64,000 nt of DNA from Azolla caroliniana. Lineage: Eukaryota; Plantae; Polypodiophyta. This document shows positions 11,891-24,839 of this stretch, one piece after another (the first letter of the stretch is position 1; each line of letters opens with the position of its first letter). The notes under the pieces were generated by a model. It had not been told where the DNA came from. It searched no databases and saw only the letters and a list, made by a program, of their open reading frames with translations. The position numbers were made by a program, and so were the translations under genes. Where the stretch lies: positions 23,932,001 through 23,996,000 of the forward strand of contig JBHGNT010000004.1 of the NCBI GenBank assembly GCA_043228905.1, in the 5' to 3' direction.

Positions 11891-11964
11891 GAATGGACAC
11901 CGTAGCAAGAAGATACATCAAAAGTAGTGTTTTTCCTACTCCAACATCTCCCAACTTTGCGTTT

Positions 11965-12001
<37 letters not shown>

Positions 12002-12065
12002 GTGGGCCCAGAGCTGACATCTTGGCAGATCTCATAGATCTTGGTACTCTGGAGCAGGTTCCAGG

Positions 12066-12197
12066 ATGAATCCCCTCGGATGGTGGCTTTCGTTCGTGGG
12101 CTTGGTTCGCCTCAGCTCTGTGTGGTTTGGCTTTGTGGACATCTGGGCTCTGCGGATGGCTCTCTTCTCGCAGACACTTAGTAACTCATCTATCTAC

Positions 12198-12252
<55 letters not shown>

Positions 12253-13771
12253 CGGAAATCAAATGTTGTATCAACTTGGTCTTCAAAAGGCCAACGACAT
12301 GAATTGATCTTAGTTGGAATCGAAGAAGAAGTTACATCCCTGCAAATCTGATGTAATGTTTGAAAGGAAGAAAATATAGCTAGAAAAGACATTGTGCATA
12401 GAGATAGATGGATAGTCAGACTGACAGATTTTACTGTCATTATCATTCATCCTTGGACGTTCGTCCGATATGGCCCATGGGACCAGATTGCATAACATTC
12501 TTATTTTTGAAATTGAGTAATGACTCTCGATGTTCAATCATTTTGTGAATAAATAGAGTATAGAAAGCGATCCTTTTACATAATAAAATCTTTGTTGCCA
12601 AGGAGAGAATCGATGCTCGAGAACTCACCGCTAAAATATGTCATGGAAGATTTGAGAATCCCCACTGCCACTTTATTATTATTATTTATTATTATCTTTG
12701 ATTGAATTAATTGAATGTTTGTCTTCCCCATTGTGCTAATGGAGGCTAACTGGAAATGTACATTAGTTTCTACGGCTTTGTTTTTTTCATGCATATGAAG
12801 TGGCTTGTTCAAAATATGTTCACCATGGAGACTCTCAAGGAAACATTGGTAAAAAAGGGAGACAAGATTGTAGAAAACAAGGAAACATTTTCTTTTGCCA
12901 CACAAGATTGTAGAAAAGTAGAGCTTTTGTTTTCTGGAGTGGTTGTGTGGCCCCCTGTGTGCTTTGCACAGCAGTGATCTGGGTATTGGACATAATGTAA
13001 TACAATACCTTGTAAATCGGTGTATTGTACATAATCTAATTCAAATGCTTTTAAGAAAAAAGACATATAGATCAATTGATTATGATGTTTCTTGCAGTGA
13101 CTGAAATCCATGGGAGGACTTTCGGCACATGGACCCTTCTCACTTGTACACTATGCCTCTTATGTGCACAGAACCTCCACAACAAGCCTCTATATCTTGC
13201 AACGCTCTTATCATTTGTGTATGCCCTCGGTCACTTTGGAATGGAGTATCTCATTTTTCATACCATGTCAACGAAGAACGTTCTTACAGTGACATTCTTT
13301 GCTGGTACATACTTCCTCGAATTCTTATTTATATTCTATAACTTAGAAGGATCGGAATAAAGTAACTTACAGATAAAAAGAGTGGCACTTTGGGTTCGTA
13401 TTAGGAGGAAAACCATACTAGGGAAAGTAGATTGTTAAGAGCTGAGGGTAACTACAAAGACTATTTATGAAATGTTTTGTAATAGGATTGTTTGGAACAC
13501 ATGGAACTCGGTCTCCCTCTACCTTGACAGAACCATTTGAATGAAAGGAGTTGACTGATAATGTAACCAATGCGTAAACTGTGGAATGTGCTGTGAAAAG
13601 ATCGATTTAGCATTATGGGAATAGGTCTCTATCAGGCGAAAAATATTTTAATGCTTGTGGTGGTCAAGTGCTAACATGCATGCTCTTCATCATGTTACAG
13701 GTACGTCTATAATTTGGATGCTTCTACATTGGAGAAAAGTGGGGACTGAATATGATTCTAAACAGAAATGA
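12066..13771 (+). CDS. ERG28: Ergosterol biosynthetic protein 28 (sterol C4-demethylation complex scaffold); exons 12066-12180, 13098-13304, 13701-13771
   Basis: Spliced product MNPLGWWLSFVGLVRLSSVWFGFVDIWALRMALFSQTL-MTEIHGRTFGTWTLLTCTLCLLCAQNLHNKPLYLATLLSFVYALGHF...TFFA-GTSIIWMLLHWRKVGTEYDSKQK* matches plant ERG28. GT-AG introns preserve the frame. Confidence 0.95.
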
Positions 13772-16700
13772 TCCTTCTCATCAAGTCCAGACAATCTCTA
13801 ATAATGCTCGATACGGCATGTTTTGCACACATGGGAGGTGGTTTCTGTAAGTGAAGCCATCATTCATCCTTTTTAGTTTTAGTCTTGTTTTCTCTGCTCT
13901 TCAAATCCCCAGCTAAATGTGTGTTGAAAAGTTTACCGATAAACAGAATCCCATGTCACCTTCATTTTCGGGGGGATTTAATTGCTAGATTTTAAGAAGT
14001 TTTCTATTTTTCTATCGCCAGTGTTTGGGTTAATAGTTGGATTTGTTGTTGAACTCCTACCAAACAATTTTTCAATTTAATATTAAGAAATTAGTTAGCT
14101 AATATATTAAGGGGTCTACTTTCCTACCATATAATGCAGTTAAAAACTTTGGATGGATTTGATTTCAATCTTTATGATTTGAATCCAGCAAGAATGTCAA
14201 AATGATAATGATGTTGTTTTATTTGAGGAAACCATGATACAGTGGTGTTATTGGTGAGTTATCAGGATAAATAATCTTTACCCACCAGATGCACCTTATG
14301 TGGCATGTTGAATTTGTCGAGTACTATGAGCTTGAATTTCTCCTATCACTCCCTATTATATACACTATATTTAATTTTGCTTTGTAAGAAACCATATCTG
14401 CACAGTTTTCTTGCATTTTGTTTGTCACATAGTAAAATTGGTAATTTGCATCATGGTTTGTATTGTGATGCTATTTGAATGATAAATATATCCATGTGAG
14501 ACATCCACATGTGATGTAGAGTTCTCGCTTCCCGAACACCTTTATCCAGGCGTATCACTTGAAGGGATCACGGAAGCCGTCATGAAGGCTCAATCCTCCT
14601 CAACGAAGCTTTGTAAGACCCTTCAAGTGTCAATCTTGTACGAACTTTGGAATTTGCAAAGGTAAAGCCAAAAGCTTAGGCTTTCAAGGGTGGAAACATG
14701 CCAAAATTGTGCCAAATAGGATTCGACCTTTTCTACCTAACTGATCGTCAGTTGTGAACACTCTATTCTTTTTCAAAAAAAATTCTCAAATAAAAGCACA
14801 TTGCTTTGTGAGCTGGGGCATGGGCCTTTTGGTATATCACCATAAAAGCGGCTACCAAACTTGATCTGAACAATGAAATTATTTGGTGTGTTTGATATTA
14901 TTTAAGTAAAATATTTTTGGCAAGGAAATGGCAAAGAACATAATATAGCGTACAAGAACCAACACCAACCTCATGATTTTGAGATGAGTGTTTGTATCCG
15001 TACATCCATAACCAATCATGTCTTCTCATCTTAATTCTCTATCTCAATGTAAATTTCTCTGTGTGTTTGTCAAGGCAAGCCATCTCTATTAGTCTTGCAA
15101 GGTTAAACCTCAAGAATTAGGTTGAACTTCTTCATCTATTGGCACTACAATTTACTCAAAGTATTTTGAGGGTTACAAAAGAAGCCCCTATAATTGAAAG
15201 TCTAGATTACCTTCCAACTTTTTTTTCCCCCATGCCAATATCTCTTAAAATTTAGATCCAAACCATGTCTTTCATGTGGGTTATGTTACTCCACCTTTGA
15301 ATTAGTTGCATGACATTGAACATGAAGAAGCTCTCATGAGGCCAAATATTTTGCACTTATGGGTATTATTCTAACAAATTATATAATATATGAATTCATC
15401 ACTCTTATAACAAGCTCTACCATAGCACATGCATTAACTCTCATGTTTGTTCGCTTACATTATAAAGGTTATTTTGGGGAAATGGGACTATGTCAATGTC
15501 GTAACGCTAATTTCTTGTTGAGCAAATTAATGATCAACATAAGATTATGAAGGATTTGTTTTTAATGAATATGACCATTGACAGCAAGTGCATTACTCAA
15601 GACTTACATCCTTTGTTGGTAAGCGGTTTTATATTACTTTAAACAAAAAAAAAAAGAGTAAGATAACCTCATACACCTATAACCTATAATTTGTTGAAAG
15701 CAATGCTTTCACATTGTTCTTGAGAACATAATGTGTTTTCTTAGTGTGCATTCAGAATAAGTTAGCTTGATATCGACCATTCTCTTCTGGATATAGATAT
15801 GGTTGACCAAATATTTGACATATTTTATTAATGTGATTGTCATCTTCATGGGGAATATTGTTTTATCATGGCAATACTTGGATGGTGCTACACCTTGTCA
15901 ATAAGAGAAATTATTTAAATTAGTTTCTCTTATTTTGATTGGTTTAGCCACAAGTTTCTAGTGTTTTTGGCATAAGTTCAAAACCCTTCTTCCGATTGAT
16001 GTAATTCCAATGGCTAATAGAGAATTTCCAGGGATGCCTTTTTCAATCAGGATAGTCCAAGTCCTAGAAAGACTCCTCAACGAGTGGAGGCTCTTGAATT
16101 TGCAAATTGGAATAACTACTTATCAATAGGCAACTCTTCATGGTTTTGCAGCTTGCAAGCTACTACCCCAATACTCTTCCACACAAAATACAAACTATTG
16201 TAGTAACACCAAACATTCTTTTATTTATGTTTTACACAAAAGGGGTATTTTGCTCACTTTGAAATGTTGGGGGTATAGGCTAGTAAATATCCAAAGAGAG
16301 TTATGCTAATCAAATGAAGACATACAACTGGTAATTCAAGTGGCCAAAACTCTTGCATAGAAGGATATGTCCTCCACCTTTATCTAGTACATATATATGC
16401 TAGAAGCCATAGATATATATGCTAGTACATATATACTAAGTTGAAGCCAAAAACAATATTGGACTAGAAAAGAAAAAAATGACTCTTTATTATAACAAGA
16501 ATAACAAGAATAACAAGAAGTACAATTGCAATTTTGAACATATTAGCCAAAGATTGTGTTAAACCAAAATGATATGACAACCTATGAACTTCCTTAGCTA
16601 TATAGTCTTCCTCTTCTAATGTCTATGGATGCTCACCACTATCCTTAATCCAAGGGCACATGTCTTGCCATCTCTCTATCATGCCTAGCTATGATATGAG

Positions 16701-16849
16701 GTGGTGTGATAACTATCACATTGAACGATAGAATAATGTGGAAAGTTATACTCTATGTGAAATGTAATAATGATTATCAACGTATATCGAGGTGTTTATG
16801 GGTTCAAGTTTCCCTAAGAATGTATGAAATTTTGTATTATTATGATACC

Positions 16850-17780
16850 ATCCCCCTCCTTTGATCACAAGTCACAATGCAAGAATTGGAACGTTTCTTA
16901 TTAGAATATTAACAATGAAAATTTTCTACAAGAGCTTGGGCATTAGCATGATTCTCTACAAGTTCCAAAGACTAATTGCTAGGTGTATGACCTAACCAAA
17001 CCACTAATAAAGGTGGTCATGCATGACCTTGGAGTCCAAAATGTCTTTAACATCATAATCCAGTCCATCAACAAATTGAATCAAAGGTGGTGGATGATTA
17101 GTGTGATATGGAATGGAGCTAGAAGCACAAGGTTCTAAAAGTGAAACATGAAACACTTTATGAAGATGCATATATGAAGGGGGATGTAGATGAAATGCAA
17201 TGTCATTGTCATTGTTTGAGTGAGATACAACAAATGAACTATCACATTGCATCTCAACAAACCTTGATCCTCAATTTGAAACTTCGGTATTTCTTCAAAA
17301 TTAGACACAATCTTCAATGGAAAACTAAAGTTTTTTGGTGAGGAATCAAGGTGATGATAATTTCTAGCAAACTTGAGTATTGTGTGAGCGCTATGTAATT
17401 GGTGAGAAAGCTTGCCTTGATTTGTGTATTTAGTTTGGTTGTCGCTTTGCAAACAATAGTACAAAGAGTTACAAGAAATCTATTAGCTTGGACCAATGAT
17501 TTCAAATTTTTGAGATGGGAGACATTCAAGCAATCATCATTTTCAAAATAATATTATAATAAATTTGTTGCCTTCTTACTTGTGCATAGAGGTAATGTGA
17601 GTCGTGACATCTTAGTGAATTAATCCATTATTGTCAGAATGAAATCAAAACCTTTGGAAAACAATGGATTTCCATATACTTTTTGGAACCAACAATATCT
17701 AGAACAACCCATGACTAACACCAAATATATATATCATGTGCAAACATAATCCTCAATAAAATTATAAATATGTCTAAATG
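16850..17780 (-). mobile_element. Decayed Gypsy chromovirus integrase/chromodomain remnant with PPT
   Basis: HKVFHVSLLEP...DYDVKDILDSK in ORF 17004-17252; purine tract AAGGAGGGGGATGG near 16850 on the minus strand. Confidence 0.65.
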
Positions 17781-17808
17781 AATCTAAAAGTCACCCCAAT
17801 ATGTCTAA

Positions 17809-18102
17809 ATGTGGTTGTTCTATGGGGAAGCAAGAAACAAAATAGTGTGGCATTATCAACAACAAATGCAAAACAGAGGCAAAATATATGGCATTAGCAT
17901 ATGGCGTCAAAAAAACTTTTGGGCATCCAACTTGATCAATAAATTAGGTCTATATATTAATAAACCCATTCCAACACTCAATGATAATCGAGCTGCAGTG
18001 TTTATGGCCACACATTCAAGAAGTACAAAGTGTGCTAAGCATACTTTACTCAACCATCGGATACACATAAATTTACAAAATGTAGGGACATATTGGGCTT
18101 GA
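17809..18102 (+). mobile_element. Decayed Copia RNase H remnant
   Basis: DNRAAVFMATH...TKCAKH resembles the Copia DN..A...NP..H.R.KHI motif. Confidence 0.45.
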
Positions 18103-18289
18103 GCTCTCACAACATGCTTGAGCATCCTCCATGTGGGGGGATTGAAGTACCATTTGCGCCGTGGAGGATGTGTCACCTGCCTCACGTAGCTCCCACAATT
18201 AGGGGTTGCAATCTCACTTTCTACATCCTCTCCTTCCTAAATCATCACCTTCAACTACTTTTCTATCCCTTCTTTTGTAATTATCAGCA

Positions 18290-19090
18290 ATCTTCTTAGC
18301 ACACCCACGTGCAATGTGCCTCTTTTCTTGGCAATAATGACATACCAGTTGAGATGGATCCATTAGTCGAAAGGCACCTCCATTTCCTTCCCATCCTTTT
18401 TGCGAAGTTCTCTGAAATTTGTCATGCCAATTCTTAATATGATCATGTCTCTTACCTAGATGTAATCGGAGGGCATGTTCAGTGATAGAACCCTCTTTTT
18501 AGTGTAAACTTTGTTGTTGCTCCTCTTGTTCTAATACTGCCATAAGTTTGTCACTTTCTTGAACCACATCTGAACCATGCATTGAAAAAACCACAAGATG
18601 CCCGCCCATACGAACTAGGCAAGCTGTTAAGTAAAATATATGTTTCCTCATCCTTGGGAAGTGTATGGCCAATCACTTGACGTCGAGACACAATATTTCT
18701 AAGTTTTTGAGAATGTTCACAAACTTTATCTCTTGGCTTCATTTTTTTTGCTAGGAATTCTCTTTCGAGTCGGATGACGTTTGCTATTGTGCTTGATTCA
18801 TTCAACTTCATCAATGTATCCCATGCCTCCTTAGATGTTTTGGTGTGTCTTTAGCTTGTCCAACCCCTAAGTTAGAGTCCAATGAGTGCATATGCCTTCT
18901 TCTTTGTTTTGGTGTAGGCTTCTATATCTTCTTTTTCTTTTGTCGGTGTCACTTCCTCCCCTTTCACTATGTATCTTGAAGAGTCCCTTATCATCCAGTA
19001 GTATCTCCATCCTCCATTTCTACAATGGGAAATTATCACCTCTGAACTTGTCAATAATACAATCTTTGAGGTTTGTCATCTCAAGCTTCA
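18290..19090 (-). mobile_element. Decayed Copia gag remnant
   Basis: KKMKPRDKVCEHSQKLRNIV...YILLNSLPSSY (UBN2-type gag) and a downstream knuckle CHYCQEKRHIARGC. Confidence 0.65.
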
Positions 19091-19559
19091 AATATTATGG
19101 ATGCTATAAATAATGGGTTACTAATGGAGGGCTATAAGTGATGGATTACAAAATTTAGCAAATGGTGCTTCGATCTGGTTGTGCCATTTGAGATATATTT
19201 AGAGAGAGGAGCAAAGTTTATATATAAGCTTACCATAGAAAATCTGAACAAGAAGTCCATCACGTGTGACCCGCAGGGAAGTCTTTTTCTACATCTTCTT
19301 ATCCGACTCCTTCCCAGAAAAGAAACGGTTGAAAAGAGGGACAATCAGTGGAAGCACTTGAGAAGTCCTGCAAAAAAGGAAAGAAACGGTCGACATCTCA
19401 TTCATGATTATAAGAAAAAAGAAGAAGAAGAAGAAGCAGAAGAAGCTGATGATGAAGAAAACAGACGCACGTAACCCTAATTTGTTGCTTCGCTGAAGAC
19501 TGAAGTCTTCTTCGTTGTGTTCTTTCTTCCCCTGTTTTCGTTTAGGTGTTCGAAATTCA

Positions 19560-19813
19560 AATTTTCGATAGAAATGGAATTCCTTCTCCATAAATTATAC
19601 TCGAATGCATTGGGAAACATTCTTTTTCATACGAATGCGTATGTTATCAAAACATTCTTCTTTTTACACTTTTTACCTTCATTTTCTTACCTAATACATA
19701 ATAAATAATAATGAATACAAAAAGTATGATAAATACCATACTTCGAGGGTGTTTAGCGTACGCGAATGGTTTAAAAGTTCGAGAATGCGAATGAACGTAT
19801 GGTTCATACTATG
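19560..19813. mobile_element. Right end of a hAT-MITE family copy (left end not resolved)
   Basis: Shares GAGGGTGTTTA...GAATGCGAATG...CGTATGGTTCATACTATG with the copies at 22787-23034 and 26077-26348. Confidence 0.65.
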
Positions 19814-19828
19814 CATAATATCATCAAT

Positions 19829-19900
19829 GCGAAGCCACCAAGGATCGAACCTGCGACCTCTTGGCTCACCGAACTAAGCCTTGCCTTGATCAAACCAAAA
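19829..19900 (-). mobile_element. tRNA-derived SINE-like head
   Basis: Minus strand reads TGGTTTGATCAAGG...GAGGTCGCAGGTTCGATCCTTGG: an A-box-like segment and B-box GGTTCGATCC, with no complete cloverleaf. Confidence 0.45.
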
Positions 19901-22786
19901 AGAAGCTTAATAGGTGCCAAATTTGGAAAGTTGGCTAAAAACGAACTCTGCCCCCCCCCAAAGACAAGGAACAATAAGGACCTTCCCATGACTAAAAAAA
20001 CATGTCTATCATAGCCAATCGATCCTATCATCAAAGCAAACCATAAACTCTATTATCAAACGCAAAGTAGCCCGAAGCTCTCGAGATCGCAGAGAACTCT
20101 TGAGAGAGTGCCCAACACATAGAGCAACGAAGAAACCTCGGTTCTAGGAACACATGTTTCCCTAGCGAGGAACTTGTATTGAGCAAGGCTCAAGGCAAAG
20201 AAATAGATTTGAAACCGAGAATTGAATCCATCTGTATGACAGCCTTTGTCGATAGAGTAATCACCGGATGGTACAAAATACACATGTCATCATAACAGGA
20301 GTGAAAACCCAAATTAGTAGCCAACACAACCATGACCGAATCATATACATTGTATTACAACTACATCATTATGGCTTTTCTTGTTAAAATTGTCTCGTTG
20401 ATGACTAGTTTAATTTATTGCCACATCGTGGGATGTTTATTTATTTGAGTCATGAATGTATATCAATGGCCAACTGTATGTCTAGGCTTTGGAAACCCTT
20501 TCGCAAACATAACTAGTGCCTAGAAAACATTATAAATATCTCGATCAAAGACAACGCTCTCACTTTTTAAGTAAACAAGATACTTTATTGTAAGGTACAT
20601 TTGCCAAATCATCAATGATTCTTTATTTAACTCCTATGAATAAGAATATTTCACTAAGCCAAACCTCTTTCAAGTTCTTAAGTTAAGTCCTCAACATATT
20701 TTACTAGGCTAGAGCAACTCTAGTAGTGATTATCTTCTTGAATGTGATCACAAAAATATCAATTCCTTTCCAATTGAATCAATCGTGAAGTAAAGTCTAT
20801 TGAACTACTCAATGACTCAAGACACTACGATGAAACTTTCACCCTAATTGTCATAGTAAAACTTTCAATATCCTAATAAAAGGTTATTTCTTCCTTAGGC
20901 GTTCTTCATGAGAACCACCTCGAGCCTAGTTTGTGGGGATGTAACCATCATGATCTACACTTTTGTTTACAAGACGATCTAGAGTTGGCATCAATTGCTT
21001 TCAAGCTACTTATGTGCACACTAGGTACCAAACCAACTCTAATCCTGCTCCATGACTTAATCATACATGCAAAACAAAACTTTATATTTAACCATGAAGA
21101 GACTCCACCAATTTTGACATGCTCAATAGAAAAACAAAGAGACACAAACTCGATATAGCTTCCACTAGTCCACTTAATGCGATTACAAGTTACTAAGGAT
21201 ACAAAGAGCAACCCTTTTACTAAAATTTAGAGAAAGGACTAAGGAAAGAGAAACGCTTAAACTTTGACTTTAGAGACTTTTATCAAATGAGGAAGAACCC
21301 CTATGTCAAAAGTTTTATAAATTCACCTTTTTTGTTCTTCCTTTTTTAACTAAATTGCAAAGATGTATCTTTACACTTGTGAGGGTAGAAATATTTACAG
21401 ATATTGCCTTTATACCCCATTACAATGTTAGGCTCTCTCACAATTGCCTTCTATAACGAGCTTTCATTGTGTCATGGACCATATTTATTGGATGTAGATG
21501 TCTGATGGATACTTAACAAGTTACACTATTACTGTTTTGTGGCCTCCGCCTTTCTAATTACAATATATTACTAGCTCATCTACATGATGATAGCATTATT
21601 GTAGAACCATGCCATAGAAACATTATTGATAACATAAAGCATAGTCCAAAGCAAATGATCATTGTCTTTGTGTCCAAAGTGGTTGGGTCATTGTGTGTTG
21701 TCTTGTGGACAAGCTTGAGATTGTGGCATAGGTCCAACATGCAAGGGTGTGCATGGATTTCATCATTGTCATTTTCGTTGAGCGAGTCACGAAGGGACTC
21801 GTAAATATGATCATCTACAAAGAAACTAATGAGGGAAGATAGTTGGTAAGAGGCAAAAACACAAGGCACAAGAAAGCAATTGGGCACGGAAGTAGGAGCT
21901 CTATGTGCCCAAAGGACCATGATTCATGATGGGTTGTATATTTACCAAAGCCAAATGAGATGCCTCACCTAATATTTACTTTTTTGCATGTGGAATCTTG
22001 ACGCAAGCCTTTGACACTTCACAATAATGATTCCTTTTTGTTTGTGGAGAGGTTGTCTTGGTCTTTCCCAAGTGGTTAACTATCTAACATTTTACTTGTA
22101 AGGTTTAAGTTTTATCTTCCATTGTATGTAAATTGGTGGTAAACATTTAAATGCTTATAACTCGTTTCAAGTTTAAGTTGATGGGAATTGGTGTTAAATA
22201 TAGTATTATGGAAAATTTCAAGTATATCCCTCATACATATTGGGGGTAATTCAAAAGTACCACAAATTGTTTGAGAACATCACTTAACATATTATCTTTT
22301 AGTTAACAAATATATATGATTTGCACTTGGTTAGAGAATTGCTTTGGTTTTTTATGCTATTTATTGCATTATTTTAGCTAATTATGCATGGGCCTTTCTA
22401 ATGTTAACTATCGTGTTATTTCAATTATTTGTCGTGTTGTGCTTTATTGCTAATCATGTTGATGATGATGCTGGCCTTTTCCGATATTGGCCCAAACATG
22501 TGTTTTATGTTTGAATATAGCTTAGGTTTTACACAGCCATTTGTCCACAATTGTTTCCATACAGGATATACTTGATGTTTTCATAAGCTTCGATAGGCTA
22601 GACATTCAAAATAAAAGGAAAAGGAACTTGCAAGAACAAAAGTAATGCTTTGGCAAAAGTCTTTCACCGGCCAATTTAATGCGTGAAAAGGCATCACACA
22701 TGATTGAAGAAATTTATGTACCCTTTGATGGATACAGAAAAGAAGAAGAAGAGGAAACATGACAACCCACACTAGAATGTTTCGAC

Positions 22787-23034
22787 CATAGTACATGAAA
22801 TTCATGTTCGTCTAGCATAACATTCGTTTTCCTACATTGGAAAACGAATGCGAATGTTTGAATTATTCAAACATTCTTGTGTTTTTTTTTGTTTTCCCCC
22901 CTTTTTTAGGTTTATTTACCTCATAATAAATAGTTAATCCAAAAGTATGGTATTTACCATCCTTTGAGGGTGTTTACTATACTCGAATGATTGAAGCATT
23001 CACGAATGCGAATGTACGTATGGTTCATAATATG
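22787..23034. mobile_element. hAT-type MITE, 8-bp TSD GTTTCGAC/GTTTTGAC
   Basis: Ends CATAGTACATGAA...TTCATAATATG; flanking 8-mers differ by one CpG transition; homologous to 26077-26348. Confidence 0.8.
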
Positions 23035-24077
23035 GTTTTGACTATTTATTTTTATAGCTCAATATGTAAACAAGCATGCAAAATAACTATCCTTTGTTTT
23101 GATCTATGCTCGACTTTGTTTTTTCTCATCTCCCTTACACACAACACATTGAACACATGGATAAACATTATATATACATGTGTATGCAATGCAAGTGCAT
23201 GTTGTGTTTTTGGAAGCCCATATATTGCGCAAATCAAGCTTTTTGGGTTTTCTACAATGGTGCCATACTTAGAACAAGAGAGATCATTCTAAAAAGCATT
23301 AATAGGGCATTTAGGGTTTATGTTCCAAGTACGTATGTTCCGACAAATGTGCCCCACCCCATGGTCATTCTAAGGAGCATTAACAAATTGACAATTCACA
23401 TACATATATAATAAAGTGAAACTAAATATCTCGATACATTTTCCTTTCCTATTAGACTTGCATACCCTAAAGAACGTGGGAGGAGAATTGAATGCCATTT
23501 ATTGCTTGTGTTTCATAATTCTAGTTTCAGCTTAGTTGTGGGACGTGGATCAAATGCTTCCCAATAAAATTGTATCTAGTTTTTAAGGTCTACCACCTTT
23601 TGAAACAAGGATAAGGAAGCAATTGGCCTTCAAAAGGGAAGGATTCGAAACCCATTGAATATCTGTGATGAACACTATTTTTAAGCATATACAACCCGAT
23701 CTTTTTATGGGGATATCACGATAACAAATTACGTTAAACGAAAAGGGGTCAAAATGTTATTTGTAAAAGGTGGTTGATTGTCATAAAGTTTTAACCTTTA
23801 CGAGAAAGGAGCGGATGACATAAGATAAGGATGAAATCACGAGAATGAGTTAAGTGAGGGTGTTAACAGTTATTGAAGAAGGGGGATACAAACATTTTCT
23901 ATGTTAAGGGGAACGTCGAAGCAGTACACTAGTGATTAAAAACTCAGGTACTCCAAAAGCTATCGTAGCTGGTTAAGGAGCAAGTGCTCAACAATGGACT
24001 ACACATTTATGTGAATGGTTACGAGCGAAGCGAGTTTAGTAAATTGCATGAAGCTCGATATGATGAGAAAGGAGAGT

Positions 24078-24412
24078 ACCATCCGTCCATTCGTCCATCC
24101 GTTTGTCTGTCTGTCCATCCATCTGTCTGTCCGCCTGCCCGCCCGTCCATTTGCCCACCTACCCATCCATCCATCCATCCGTACCATCCGTTTAGGAGAG
24201 TACCATCCGTCCATCCGTTTGTCTGTCAGTCCATCCATCTATCCGTCCGCCTGCCCGCCCGTCCATTTGCCCACCTACCCATCCATCCATCCGTTCGTCC
24301 ATCCATTTGTCCATCCATCCGCTCACTTGCCCGTCCATTCGTCCACCTACGTGTCCATCCGTCCGTCCATCCATCTGTCCGTCCGCCCGTCCATACATTC
24401 GCCTGCCCGCCT
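24078..24412. repeat. Degenerate tetranucleotide array (CCAT/CCGT/CCGC/CTGT) upstream of NHX
   Basis: About 330 bp of 4-nt periodic units, including a ~125-bp higher-order repeat starting GGAGAGTACCATCCGTCCAT at ~24071 and ~24195. Confidence 0.85.
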
Positions 24413-24712
24413 CCTAGGGTTAGGGGTTTCCGGTCCCGATAAGGTTTCCGAGGGGGCAGAGTGAATAAAAATAGAGGTCACATGGAGAAAACATAGGCAC
24501 ACGGATCGAATCCTGACAAAGCCATGATCCCATCGATTTCCTGTAAAAGAGCAAGTACCTCCTCCCTTTTTGGCTCTTCTGTTTACTGCTCGCTCGGCGC
24601 CACGATCTCTCCGTTCTTTTTTGTCTCAATCTCTAAAGCTTTTATAGATGTATATATATATATAGAGAGAGCTTGCTTTGGGGTGAGACTCTTTGTACCT
24701 TCTTCTTCTTCT

Positions 24713-24747
<35 letters not shown>

Positions 24748-24839
24748 TTCTTCTATTGGAAGCTTTCATAGATGTAGACTCTAGAGCACAGAGTCCCCTC
24801 ATACATAGGTGAGCAAGAAAACCTTATCAAAGAACAGAA

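Larger units (their letters stand above)
5011..11963 (-). mobile_element. Near full-length degenerate L1-clade LINE flanked by (TC)n tracts, interrupted by a Gypsy fragment at 6747-8188
   Basis: ORF1 pieces at 11662-10374 with knuckle CFHCGVLGHFMAEC. ORF2 has APE endonuclease (MKITTWNVRGL, SDHFP), RT (KSPGWDG, WRPISL, LDIEKAYD, VRQGC, LADD) and a C-terminal zinc finger (CFFC..EHSRHRFISC). Several frameshifts and stops. Confidence 0.93.

Noticed and set aside
23984-24464. PSVH/SIHP-rich ORFs
   Set aside because: Artefacts of a stop-poor tetranucleotide array.
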